From Octopus sinensis (Eukaryota), in contig NC_043007.1 in NCBI RefSeq assembly GCF_006345805.1, positions 38,502,001-38,566,000 on the forward strand: 64,000 bases of DNA, written 5' to 3'. The notes under the pieces were generated by a model that worked only from the letters and a program-made list of their open reading frames with translations, ran no database searches and was not told where the DNA came from. Position numbers and translations under genes: made by a program. This document shows positions 12,356 through 26,151 of this stretch, piece after piece; positions within the stretch are counted from its first letter, which is position 1; each line of letters begins with the position of its first letter.

Positions 12356-13257
12356 GTTTTGAATGTAATTTAACATAAGATTTTAATGGAAGGATCATGT
12401 TTTTGGTCTGCTTTAAGAACCTTCAAAATGTAAACTTGTACAGTTGGTATATACCTTGTCAGTTATGTGTGAGGTTCAATATATGCACACATCATCTTTG
12501 TTGAAGTACTATAGTCATCAATCCTTCCATTTGATAAGATTCAGTAAGAATAATAATTAGCAAAGAGACACTTATTTGTGAAAAACACTAAACAAAGATG
12601 TAAAGCTTCTAAAATATTTTACCAGATTTGAATGTCCCTCCAGTTATCTTTCTGCAATGTAGTGATGTATTTCTAGATATGCTATGAATGATTAAAAGAC
12701 AGATGAAACCCTTTCATCACAGCTCTACTTGAAAAGGTTAACCTGAGGCTAAATAACAACAATAATGCTGAGCCAAACATTTAGTTGGTGGTCCAACAGC
12801 AGTGTGAATGAATGATTCCAGATGATGTAACCCTACAAAGGCTGTGAGCTATCAGCAATGTGGATTTCTAATGCAGCATGTCCAGAAAATGCACCTTTAC
12901 ACTCAATTAACACACAATATTCTCATTAAAAACTTTCTTTATATGTAATGATGGTTTCTAGTTAACAAAGAGCAAATTTCACAACTGTAAAGAATGAACT
13001 GTAAACACAAATCTTTGTTCACAGTATAGTCCCTTTAAGTGTATTTATTTACTACTTGGTGGGTCTGGAAGAAGGGCCAGAGGCCATAGCCTTCAAAGGC
13101 CCTCCAAGACCTCTTGAGCCTTTGCAAGTCAACATCTGTGCAAAAGAAGAGCAGAAAGAGAAGTCTGGATCATGCAGGGTATGCTATACAAGCCCATCAA
13201 ATGGCTACATTATCTGAGCCTGAAACTTGAAGTACCTCATGTATAACTCTTGTATTC

Positions 13258-13299
<42 letters not shown>

Positions 13300-16200
13300 C
13301 ATCATTTTCAATGCTTGCTTTTCCATGCTCTTATGGGTCAGACAGGACTTTTAGAGGCTTATTTTCTACAGCCAGATGCCCTTCGTGTCGCCAACTCTCA
13401 GCTGTTTCCAAGTAAAGTAATATTTCCCAAATCCAGACATGTTTTCATAGAATATTAAAAATGAATATCACCATCATGCAAGGGTGTCCTTTATTGGACA
13501 CCACTTGCATGACTGTGGCATTCATTTACAACTATCACATGATGTGAAGGCGAGGAGACGGTAATACACACACACATATATAACATGTACATATGGCAGG
13601 CTTCTTTCAGTTTCCATGTACCAGGTCAACCAAAGTCTTGTGAGTGGATTTGGTAGATGGAAATTGAAAGAATTTTATCGTATATATGTATATGTTTGTA
13701 TGTGAGTGTGAATGTGTGTATATACTAGTGTGTCTTTTTCTTGACATTGCATAACAGTTATAAATGAGCAGAGCCATTCATTTCCAACACCCTGCATAGA
13801 CATGACTTGCTTGGAAACAGTTCAAGGTTGATGACATTAAGAGTACCTGGCTTTAAAACATCTACCTCAGTAAACTCCTCCTGACCCATACAAGCATGGA
13901 AACGTAGACATGATATATCATATGCTCAGACATGGCTGTGTAGCTATGGATTTTACTTCATAACCATGAAGTTTTGGGTTCCATCTCACTGTGTGTGGCA
14001 TGTTGGGCAATGCTTTCTACTATAGCCTCAGGTTGACCAAGTCTTGTGAGAAAAATTGATAGACACAAATTGTATGGAAGTCCATCATGTCTATGTGTGA
14101 GATAGAGAAGTTATAAGAACTATAATATGCTAATAAAATCGTTTCTCTATGTACACACATTAATGTTATAAATTTATCAAAAAAATTAAACACAAAATAA
14201 AACCAAAACAAAAAAAAGATGTCTTACAAGGAAAATATAAAGAGCTAATATCTATAGACAAAATAGGAAATAGCTTCATTGAGCAACTCATCGTTATCAG
14301 CAGTATTTAATGTTTGTGTTCCATGTTGGCATGGGTTGGCCTGTATGACAGGATCTGATGAACCTAAGGACTGCATTGTGCTCCAGTATTTGTTTAGAAT
14401 GATTTCTACAGCTGGATACCTTTCTTAATGGCAACCACTTTACAGCAGGTGTTGGTTTTTTTTAAAGTGCTGGTGAGGTTGCCAGGCACCATGCAAGACT
14501 ATGAACCCTGAGTGGAGAGAGGACACTTTGTGTTAAGAGGATAAGGGGTAGAGAGGGGTAAGGTATGAGAGAAAGAGCAGGCCAGAGCAGAGCAGGTTTT
14601 TTTTTTTTGCTGTAGAGGAGTGACATCACCACTCACATTTTAGAAGAGAGGGTAGAGGTCTGGAGTGGAGTTAGAAAGTGATATAAATGATGATGAGGTG
14701 TCAGATTAGGGTAAATCTGTGCAATTTTTACTGTGAAATCAGCGTCAGTGAAGGTTTCAGGTCTGTATATAATGCATACAACATACCCTATGTGATTACA
14801 TTTTCTACTCCAGAGGTAAATTTTGAAGTACAAAATGTTTTTTAATATTTTTAAAAATCTGGGGTTAAGTTACATATAAGAGGATTTTTAAGGCTTATTT
14901 ACAAAAGAGTGTGCATATTTGTATCTTCTTGTCTCAACATCACAGTGATTGTTGTAAATAAATGTTATTCATTTCCAATATTCTGCAAACATGTCTAACC
15001 ATGGGGAAATATTACCTTGCTTGGAAGTTGGTAAGGGTTGGCAACAGGAAGGGCATGTAGCCATAGAAAATCTGCTTCAATAAACTATGTTCAACCCATG
15101 TAAGCATAAGAAAAGTGGACATTAAAATGATGATGATGGTTGTTCAAGAGTATAAAAGGTTATATGTACACTAATGAGGGAAATTATGTGGCTGTTGGAC
15201 TTACTAGAAATAGCAACTAGATTTCCTACAAATTTCCTAGTCTTTAGAAAAAGAATACTCTGGTTAATGTGGTCCTAGATTCATTATGAAGAAAAAAAAA
15301 ACCAAGATGATCAAGACTAGCATGCCTTGTAGCATAGGCATTTACTTAATCAAGGCAGACTGTAGGGTCTAAACAGCAACAACAACCATCTCTGTCCTTA
15401 CCTTTGAATTTATTTTCAATCTGGTCCTATCCTCACCAAACCCTCTACATGAACTTCCTTCTTTCTACATGTAAATACAGACAGATATGGTGGATAACAC
15501 ACAAACTTGAAGACAATACATATAACCACTCTTTGTACCATCTTGAACCTGTTTCTTTCTTCAGTGACCCTTATAGTTTCTGCAAAAGCATGATTGATTG
15601 CAAACCTCATTCATTTTACTACATTACTAGTAGTACATTGTTCTTGAGACACTTGGGCATGTAATAAATATTATCATTAATTCAATTCAGTCATCCCGAA
15701 GTCTGGAAAGATCTGTAAAGCTCTTCTTGCCTTTCCTAACAACTAATAAAAACACATACATACACTCACATAAATAAAAGTAGCAACATATATTTACACA
15801 AACATCAACAGTGGTAAATTATCAGTCATTAGGACAATGGACAGAATGCTTTGCAGTTTTTGCTCTGAGTTCAAATCCTGCTGAGGTCAAATTTGTATTT
15901 CATCCTTTCAGGGACAATAAAAAAAAAAAGTAGTTTGTAGATTGACGCAAATGTGAGAACGCAGAACCAGACGCAATGAGGCATTTGTCCTAGTTCTTTC
16001 TGTTCTGAGTTCAAATCCTACCATGATCTACTTCAGTGATACACTTAACCCGTTATTCAGTTTAACACACCTACCTGGTACCTTTGGTGTCTTTAGGAGT
16101 CTACTCTGTCGTAAGCATTCAAGGTTAGGGTATCTTCCTCCCTCCTACTAGCCCCAGAGGTTCTTTAAAAGGACATGGGCACTACCTTCTCTCCTGATTA

Positions 16201-16569
16201 AAATAAAAATTCAATATGCATACGCGCACACAAACACACACATACGCAGGGGTTGTATATAATTTGTACACGTTTAGAGTTAGACACACATGCAAACATT
16301 TACGCATACAAATTCATGCCCTATATATGAACATAATTATGCATACAATATGTGCAAATATATATACATAGTCATATATATCGCGATACTCATGAATCTG
16401 ATGGATTTTCCGTCAGTTTCGACGGTGAGCTGCTTTCAGTTATTCAATCAAATGTGAACAACCTACTCGTTAAATTAAGGTTAAGTAGCCAAGTATTCCA
16501 AAGACACGTGTACCCTTTACGTAATTTTTAGGCTCATGATTCACACCATGAACCTATAAACAACAAAAG

Positions 16570-16621
<52 letters not shown>

Positions 16622-17592
16622 CACACACGCGTACACAGCGACAGGGAATGCTAATGCAACAAGAAACACCCAAAGATGCCTGAACACGCATGTCCCACGC
16701 GCGCGCGCGCAGACACTAAGAGAAAGATGAGGGGAGCACGCGCGCACGCATACACACACACAGATATGAACAAGCAAGGGAACTTCTACGTGGTTGTTCG
16801 AAGTACTAGAAATAGCAGCCAAATTTCTCTAAAATTGCATACTACCGTATTAAATCAAGGGGAATACATTAAGGAGTATAGTACCTGATATACACACACA
16901 CACACTGCATAGTCAACGATTGAGACAATTTCCCTTTATCAAGGACTGCTCGATCAGAGCTGGCCCGGGGTTAAACAACGAAAGCCAGCACACATTATTA
17001 TATAGTAGATATAAATAGAGCAGAAAACGACAGCTAATTTAACAAATAGACAGACAGACAGATAGATAGACAGACAGACAGATAGATATTCAGATACACA
17101 CGCGTGCTTGCGTGCGTGTCGATACACAAATATAACATACATGTACATATATACATATATATATATATATGTATATATGTAACGCACGCATGCATGCAGA
17201 GGTGGTAAGGCAGAGAGATGCAAGCATCAACAGTAAAAATGGAGGCGAACGGAGATGAATGATGGATGCAAGGGCAATGTGAATACTAAATCATATATAT
17301 ATATACATACATACATATGTATGTGTGTATAAAACATTTTGCCTGTATAGGCTTTTCGGCGGCGTCAAATATGCACAGAGCGTGAATTCGTGATTACATA
17401 TATAAAGGAAATATTACATACATGTCTTCTCTGTCTGAGTTTCTTAATAATACATGTTGATAAGAGAGGTACGCGGTTCAATTTCTCTGAAAAGGAGGAG
17501 AAACCCCACCCTGTAGCCGCAGCAGAAATTTTTATTTTCGTATTTATTGTCATCACACACAAAGCAATGAAGAGGGTGGGTCATTATATGGA

Positions 17593-17724
<132 letters not shown>

Positions 17725-18469
17725 TTCCGACAACGTAACGCGGACCTTACTCTCACATCTCGGCTCGGTTTCGTTGTTCCATCTCTCTCTCTCTCCCTCT
17801 AAATGTCCTTTATCCTCCTCGCTGCTCTTGTGGCAAATAACAAACAAGTAAAATAAATAATTCATTAAGTAATAACCACCAACCACACCGCCACCCTTAA
17901 GAAAAGATACAAACGTACATCAGAATCAGACAAGCCTGCCTGCCTGTCTGTCTCTCTGTCTCTGTCTCTCTCTTTCTGTCTGTCTCCTTTTCTGATTTTG
18001 CGGCCTTGGGCCTAATCATTATTATCAGCAATATAAAAATCAGATATGCGCAGAGTCTAGCTACTGATATTACGTGTGTATGTGCGTGTGTACACATACG
18101 TATGTACTTTTAAGTAAGTAGACGAAAGAAAAAGACAAAAAAGCAGTAACGACAAATTATGACTGCTCAAGTATCCCCCCTCCCTCCACCTTTTTCTCAT
18201 TCCTTGACACGAATTCTCTCACTTGTTTCCAATTTCTATTTGCCAGTGCGTGTATGTGATTATATATATATACACATACATATATATATATATACATACA
18301 TATATATACATATATACACATACATATATATACACACACACATACTCGTTATATAAATTAATACATATATATACACATAAACATACAATTTATATATATA
18401 TATATTTTCATACACGTTATATACATTAACATGTATATATACACATATCTATATGCATAAACATACTAT

Positions 18470-18501
<32 letters not shown>

Positions 18502-19134
18502 CATACATACATACACGTTATATACATTACTATGTATATATACACATCTATATGCATAAATATACTATATATATATATATATATATATACTTGTTATACA
18601 TTATACATGTCTACACACACACAGCTAAGCTAAACGAACGGAAGCGCCTGGATAAAATTTTCAAATATTAGACGTTGAACAGAGAATATTTAAGTCATTC
18701 AACTGTGTATGTGTGTGTAACAGTTAACATGGGAGTAGATCTAGAACCAGGGTAGGGGTTACTAGTTCAAAACGTCCCCATAAACATTGCATTTGGTTCA
18801 CTTCTTTCAAAGGGTATCCACCATGTTTTGTAGAAGGGTGGTACTTGATTTCAAGAACAGGGCATTCATCTTTATGATTATTAACAGGGCAACGGCGATT
18901 AAAGAAGGGGAGAGGGGAGGAAATAAGAAAAAGAGAGACAGAAACGGAAACCTCCCTAATCCGAATATATGTTAACGCTAAAGTCATGGAAATAAAGTGA
19001 AATATTATTTGTGGAGAGATTCAAAATGTGCAATGTTTATAGAATACACACAGAAGTATGGTTATGTGTTTTACATGTGTGCGTGTACATGTGCACAAAG
19101 GCTCGCACAAGAATGCATGCGTGTGGTATTATAC

Positions 19135-19170
<36 letters not shown>

Positions 19171-20325
19171 ATATATATAAAACATCCACGCTGGTACTGA
19201 ATTGGGTGGTTCCCAATTAGGTTTTTTTTATGTATGTTTGTACTACTGTGTATGTGTGCGTCAAAGAGGGAGAGTGTGTGTGTGTGTGTGTGGAAAGAGA
19301 GAGAGAGAATATGTATGCGTGAGGAGTGGGAGATAGCACTCTACGCGCGTGCGTACAGAAATGCAAAAAAAAAAAATCTTTCCATTCATACTGCGCATGT
19401 TTGTATCAGATAAACTGCTATACATGCTACAATTTAATAGGTTGCATGTTTCCTAGAAATAGTGATCACCCATAGAAGACTATCACTTAATCTCTCTCTC
19501 TCTCTCTCTATTTCCACACAGATTTATCTTCCGTTATTGCAACTTGTAGGTGTATATATATATGTGCGTGCAGGACTGGACGTGTGCGTGTTCTGCAAGC
19601 ATCCGTATTCGTAAGCACAGCACACACCGAAATGGATGTGTGTATGAGATTTGAATGGGCTAAGCAGTGTGCGTGAGTGTGTATGTGTGCGCGCACACAC
19701 ATGCACAAGGGAGTGGCATATGTGAATGAATGTGTGTGTAAAGGGAGTAAAACACCATGAATTGTTGAAAGCTAATAATGCTAAGGCACCTCAGCCTTGC
19801 GAATGAATCACATCCCTACCTCGAACCTTAAATAGCTGGGTTTTAGGCTCAGTTTTTAGCGAAAGGAGCCAATTCATTTTAATCTATTCCCGACTACTTC
19901 ACATTCAGTGACAAATCTGCTGGGGGAAGGCATTCTTGCTACAACTAACCATTCTCCTCGAAACATTATAACCCTATGTATGTGCGTGTGTGTATGTGTG
20001 TAAATTTTGGTCGAGTCTGTCAGCCTGCCACCCCGAGTTTCGCTTATAGGTGCAGTGCCTTCAGGCAAGAGTTACGACAGTAGAAGCGGTGGAATTTGCA
20101 CGTCTATATATAGGATTCGTGTCGTAGGGTACGATGGTGGAGGGGAAATGATTAATAAAAAAAATTAAGCTCTACTATGGTAGAGTACGCTTTTTTCCGA
20201 CAATCAACACTAACCATATAAATACATACATACATATATATATATATATTATATATATATATATATACCCCACACCATATATATATATATATATATATAT
20301 ATAGCGCGTGGGGATGCGTACGCCC

Positions 20326-20819
20326 CTAAAGAACAAAGTCGGAGATTATCTAATGCGCCAAAAACCATAATTACTTCGGATGTTTAATGTTTTAAGAATC
20401 ATTTATAACGATTCTTCACGAAAAATATTTTTTTTTTTTTTTTTTTTGAGTGGGGGAGGTTAGCCCCACCCTTCCGTCATTTTTCAGTTTGACTTCAGTT
20501 TTCTAATTTCGAAAACATTTTTTTTTTTTTTTTTTTTTTTTTTCTTTTTCAAATTCGTGTTTTAAAAAGTTAAGCATATTTTTGAAAAATCATAATTTCA
20601 AATGTTTGAAGCATAAATAAATAAATCTGGAGAAAAAAAATTTTTTCTTTTTTTTTTTTAAAAAAAACAAAATTATATCTGAGAAATTAAAAAGAATTTT
20701 TAGCACCACCACCCTCCTTTTCTTTATTTATAGTAAAATCGTAATCTTCGATACTTAGAACAGACACATCCGGAGAAATTATGGTTTTTGGTGCAGTAAT
20801 TTCCGACTCTATACTTTAA
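20326..20819. mobile_element. Putative TTAA-targeting MITE (Kolobok/T2-like) with ~80-bp imperfect TIRs
   Basis: Left arm AGAACAAAGTCGGAGATTA...TGCGCCAAAAACCATAATTACTTCGGATGT; reverse complement of right arm AGTATAGAGTCGGAAATTACTGCACCAAAAACCATAATTTCTCCGGATGT. Flanks CTAA (20326) and TTAA (20816); interior is AT-rich. Confidence 0.55.
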
Positions 20820-21234
20820 GAACACCACACATTCACAGATGTGTATACAAATATGTCGATAAATCCTATGTGATAATGTTTGTGATCAGCGAGCTAACAA
20901 AGAGAACCTCTGCGTAATTTCTCGAAAGAGTCACTAGAAACAGCAGCCAAAATCTCCCTTATATCGCCACCTGCCGGTTTTTTTGGGGGGGGGGGATGGG
21001 GATAATATAATTAACCCCAAAAATCGGAGGGATCATGGCTTCGATGCATTTATTTGATAATGGATCAGCTTGATGAGAGATGGCCTGGAGCGAAACAACA
21101 CAGCATAATCAGATCCCGCAAATTCTCAAGTTGCCCCCACCTTCCATCTCTCGTCTCCTTTCCACGTATCACCTCCACTTACGCTGTGCAACATGTCTCG
21201 CAAGAGCGCTCGGTGATGGAAAGATGATAATGAA

Positions 21235-21268
<34 letters not shown>

Positions 21269-21639
21269 CCATCTCCCAGTCAAGGACGACCTACTACACT
21301 GCTTCCATAACGACGACAAATAGATTCCTTAAGTGGACACACTGATTCGCTGAAGCTGTTAACACCTCTCACTTGCAAATGTTTTCTAATTTCGACTGAT
21401 TTTATTTATTCATTTGTGGTGGTGGTGAAAAGAAGACTTCAAAAATATCATGCGAAACAAATGATGGTCTTTGGATGGGAGGGAGACGAGATGGACCAAA
21501 GCAATTGACTGTGGAACCAGCAAAAGAAAACACAAAAAGAAAGATCTTTTTTTGGCTTTTGCAAGGAATGCAACTCGGCACCGCAACACCACCACCACTA
21601 TTACAATGGTAATAATCCTTTCTACTATGGGCACAAAGC

Positions 21640-21830
21640 CTGGAATTTGGAGGGAGGGACCTAGTCGATTACATCGATCCCAGTGCTCCAACTCATATTT
21701 ATTTTATCTACTCCGAAAAGATGAACGGCATTGCCGACCTCGTCGGGTTTTGAACTCAGAACGTAAAGAGTCGGAAGGAAAGCCGCTGTGCATTTTGTCG
21801 AACGCTCTGACTATTCAGCCAGCTCGCAGG
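21640..21830 (-). mobile_element. tRNA-derived SINE (family A), CpG-intact copy
   Basis: Reverse complement of ...cgttctgagttcaaaacccgacgaggtcggcaatgccgttcatcttttcggagtagataaaataaatatgagttggagcactgggatcgatgtaatcgac. Confidence 0.75.
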
Positions 21831-23056
21831 TCGATCGATTCGACGACCCAAGTACATGACTGATATGCTACCGACTTCCAGAAGATATAAAGGCGGTCAA
21901 CTTTGGGCGGAATATGAACTAAACATCAAAATAATAACTAGACAGTTGAAATATATACAATATTTTAGCCTAGTGCTTCTGCTACTTCCACTTCTCTCTT
22001 GATGATGATTTGTACGAATTAACGAGGAACTTTCTAGGTGGTTGCTCGACCTACTAGGAGGAGAGCGATCAAATCTTCTCCAGATCAAACCCAAATTATT
22101 CACGCAGTCCTAGTTATATTTATAAATATACATTGAGATCGTCAACCTTCCCTAGAGCTACAAATGTGGTGTCTCTGCTGAAGGGCAGAGGCACTTTATA
22201 CTAACGATGGAAACAAAAGGAAGAGAGAGGACACAATTCGCCTGGTGACCAGAGCTTGGAGTGTCCACGAGTGACCTCGTACGAATCAGTTGGAGGGAGG
22301 GAACTTTCTTTGGGGTGTGACTAGAATCGAATCGAAATCTCGACCAGAACAGACTTTTCCATCCTTTCGTTCATGAGGAGTGGATGGCAAAATGATTAAG
22401 TAATACGACTATCCCAAGGTGGGTATAGTATACAGAATATACCCGCTTTTCTATAAATCCTTGTGATGTCAGCAGTATTATATCTGTGTGTGTGTGTGTA
22501 AAGTATACATGCCAGGCAAGTGATTTGATCTGAGACCGTGTGTTGTGTGTATGTATATGTTAGTGGGTGGGTGAGTGTCCAATAGGGAGCTTGGAAGACC
22601 ATAGTTGAAATGAGGGTTTAATACATGTACTGGGCAGAGTAATTATATTATTTTTTTACTGGTAACAAAAGAGCTCACACACACGCGCGCGCAGAAACGC
22701 AAGTGGAAATTGGAGAATAAGAGTTGATTCCTACCCCCACCACAACCTCGCCCTGTCGAACAAACTATTTTAGAAATGAATATGTAAAGGATGGTAACCA
22801 TGCGAAATAGGGAAGAATGTAGAGTAGCATTTAGGCAGAGAAGAGTTGAGGGGAGGGGGAGGAGAAAGAAAGGGAGCTAAGTGGAGGTGGAGTTAGAGGG
22901 AATGCATGTAGAGTGGAGGCAAATATGTGAATGACAAATTGTAGTAATGTGTGCATACGGTGGGAGTGAAGGAGCTCAGGGCCATTCCACTACTGTGTTG
23001 CGTCTCCATCGTTAGTGTATCTACTATACACACTCATAAATATGTATTCACACACA

Positions 23057-23130
23057 GATAGATAGATAGATAGATACATACATACATACAAACATAGATA
23101 GTAAGATAGATAGTAAGATAGATAGATAGT

Positions 23131-23169
<39 letters not shown>

Positions 23170-23203
23170 TAAGATAGATAGTAAGATAGATAGATAGATA
23201 GAT
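23057..23203. repeat. (GATA)n tetranucleotide repeat with a recurrent GTAA variant unit
   Basis: Read directly. Confidence 0.92.
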
Positions 23204-23708
23204 ATCACATTTTTACACGTGTACATATACACCTGCTTGCTTACACGTGTGTATGTTTATGTGCGTGCATGCGTCAGTGTATTTCTGCGTATCTTTACTA
23301 AAATTGTGATAATTTCCAATAGACAATTAACAAAAGGATCAGACTTGCGCACAGCCAATGGTACTCTTTTCGTTTCTCCGAAAAAAAAAAAAAAAATTCC
23401 CTTATCCCTCCGTACTATTTTCCACACACACACACACACACACCACAGAGGATGAGAGATAAATATTGTTTTTTATGTTTATAATTCAAGTGTGTGTGTT
23501 AAAAATACAAGCACAAAATTACGTTTAATAGAAGGTATACATACAATCAGCATACATACACACACACAGAGAGGATAATATACAAACACTAGTTCAGGGA
23601 GATGCTTCAGTGTGTACATGTTTACACATGGATATTTCAAAGCTCAGATGCAGGAACAAATCTAAAGAAACAGTTCAAACATATCCCTCCCCCTCTGTGT
23701 GTGTATAT

Positions 23709-23775
<67 letters not shown>

Positions 23776-25357
23776 TACACACACATCCATGCACACGTTT
23801 CAATTTTTAATCAATAGGAAAAAATATTCAACCGATATAGAGTGGTGGTATTTACTTTAGAGCTTAAATTACTGTTGCTACTTCGAGCTTCACGATTCTC
23901 CGTTGACCACGTACACACAGCTGAAACATTTGGAGTTTTAATGTACATCCGTAACCTCACAAAGAACAAGCCATGCATTTGCGCGCACGTACACACACGT
24001 ACACACACACACACACAAAGTCCCATGCAAAAACATGTAATCCGTAAGTATTGCATGCCTCACATGTGAATACACACGAATATGAAACTGCTTAAACTAT
24101 TTCAATGCAGGTCTTTCACAGTAGCACGCCACAGAGCAAGCCTGCTACACACAAACACAAGATAATTGTTGTGGCTTAAACTGGAGGTCAATGCTAATCG
24201 AATAGACTTCCCAAAACTATCTCATCTTTAACAGTATATCCCGAAATCCAACGTGTCCTTTGACTTATTTTTTTAAATCAGTAGTTTGTTTTTGGAAGGG
24301 ATTTAGCTGCTGTTTCAAGCAGTTCGAACGACCCCCGTCGTGGTTCCCCCCGTCGGACCGTGATAGCAAAAAGTGGTTTTATTGAAAGCTTTCGAGGCAT
24401 GAGCATACACGCAAACAATACACATGCTAAAGACTGCAGATTCTGTTTCTGATGAATACTATTAGTTTAATCACCATTGCTAGCTTCCTTCACACATCGC
24501 GAACCAGTAAGCACGTACGTGTACGTGTACGCTTTCGCAACGAAGGCCCTTTCTGTGGTCGCTCGACCTTTAAAAATAGCAACTGAATCTCCCTCAGATC
24601 ACACCCTACCGTCTTTAAAAAGAAAAGTGAAAGCGACACTACATACATAACGCAGTGCGAAATACACTCTTTACAAAAGATGGGGGTGGTCTTGGCTGGA
24701 ACCCTAGCTTAAAAACGGACAGGTCGCAAATAATAGGATCCTTAATACACAGTGCCCAAATAAATCAAAAAAGATGTGATAGTCACGATTGGAATGTCTT
24801 TCAAACGATCAGGGGGTTGACCTGCATCTGAACAACAACGAACGAGAGAGAGAGAGGGGGCGACAGAGAGAGAGAGAGGGCGACAGAGAGACATACACAG
24901 AAAGAAAGAGAGAGGGCGAGAGAGATACATACACAGAAAGAAAGAGAGAAAGAGAAAGAGAGAGGTATAAATAATTAACGTAAGTGGTGGGGGCTTATAA
25001 ACGAAACGATGGATTCTACCAGATGCCTGTACCGTCGTCACCACCTCACCGCCGACGCCACACATTTCAATAAGATTAACATTTACAACTATTAATGCGA
25101 CAAACGATGACGTAGCAACGCCAACAAGTGTACATGTGTGTGTGTGTGTGTGTGTGTGTGCTTGATGCAAGCTCATGTGTACGTGTGTGTGTGTGTGTGT
25201 GTGTGAGCGCGCGTGCGCGTACTGCGTGAGGAGAAAAGGGATATTTCCCTTCACGCATTTTTCTTATGTTTGTTGTCGTTCTTCATACATTTCAGAACTG
25301 AGATGTGAAAGCATATTCAACACACGTCACATCGTATGGGATCTCTCCCTCTCCCCC

Positions 25358-25390
<33 letters not shown>

Positions 25391-26115
25391 GAGAGAGAGA
25401 GAGATACATACATACACACACACACTCGCGCGCGCGTCTTAATACGTTTGTGTATACGTATACATAACAATACGTTTATTTTCGACTATCCATTCGCTTT
25501 GTTTCATTCTGTGTATGCAGGTGTGTGTGTGTGTATGTATGTATTTATATGTATATGTATGTATGCAGGTGTGTGTGTGTATCTTTATATGTATACATGA
25601 TACACGTGTGCTTCATAGTATACACATCATCTAATAAGAAAAAAACAAACAGGTACGTTTCACTGAATATACTCAATAGTTAATTAAAAATTAATTGGAG
25701 TTATGACAACAAAGTCTATGTCGAAGAAACAGATCGGAATAGAGGAATCTCGAATATATTCATACAAAGATATATATATATATACATGCTACTTTGGGAT
25801 GCATCTCATCAGCCTCAAGGGAATATAAACATGCATGCATACATACATACATGAAGTAAAATGAATGGACAACTGAAAATAATAGCTTTGTTATGTATAT
25901 ACATACGTATTAAGGTAGGAAGGTATATATAAATAATAGGAGATATTCATGATGCAGCATTGAGAGGCATGACGGTTGCTATATATATACACACGCACAT
26001 ACAAACACCAGAACTGCAGCTACTAGCGCGAGCGCCGGACTAAAACGGGGTCACTGCTCATCCGGCTATCCAAAATGGCAGGATCTATATAAACATACAT
26101 TTCTTTAACTGTATA

Positions 26116-26151
26116 CTTCTGAAGATGGGCCTTTGCGCCCGAAATATAAAG
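26116..26151 (+). ncRNA. Candidate minimal type I hammerhead ribozyme motif (Penelope-like terminus)
   Basis: CTT-CTGAAGA-T-GGGC-ctttgc-GCCC-GAAA-TAT-A-AAG: canonical core, helix II of 4 bp, palindromic ATAT helix III, helix I of only 3 bp. Confidence 0.5.

Noticed and set aside
21471-21863. 130-aa plus-strand ORF
   Set aside because: Its C-terminal half is the antisense of a SINE; no recognisable protein motif.
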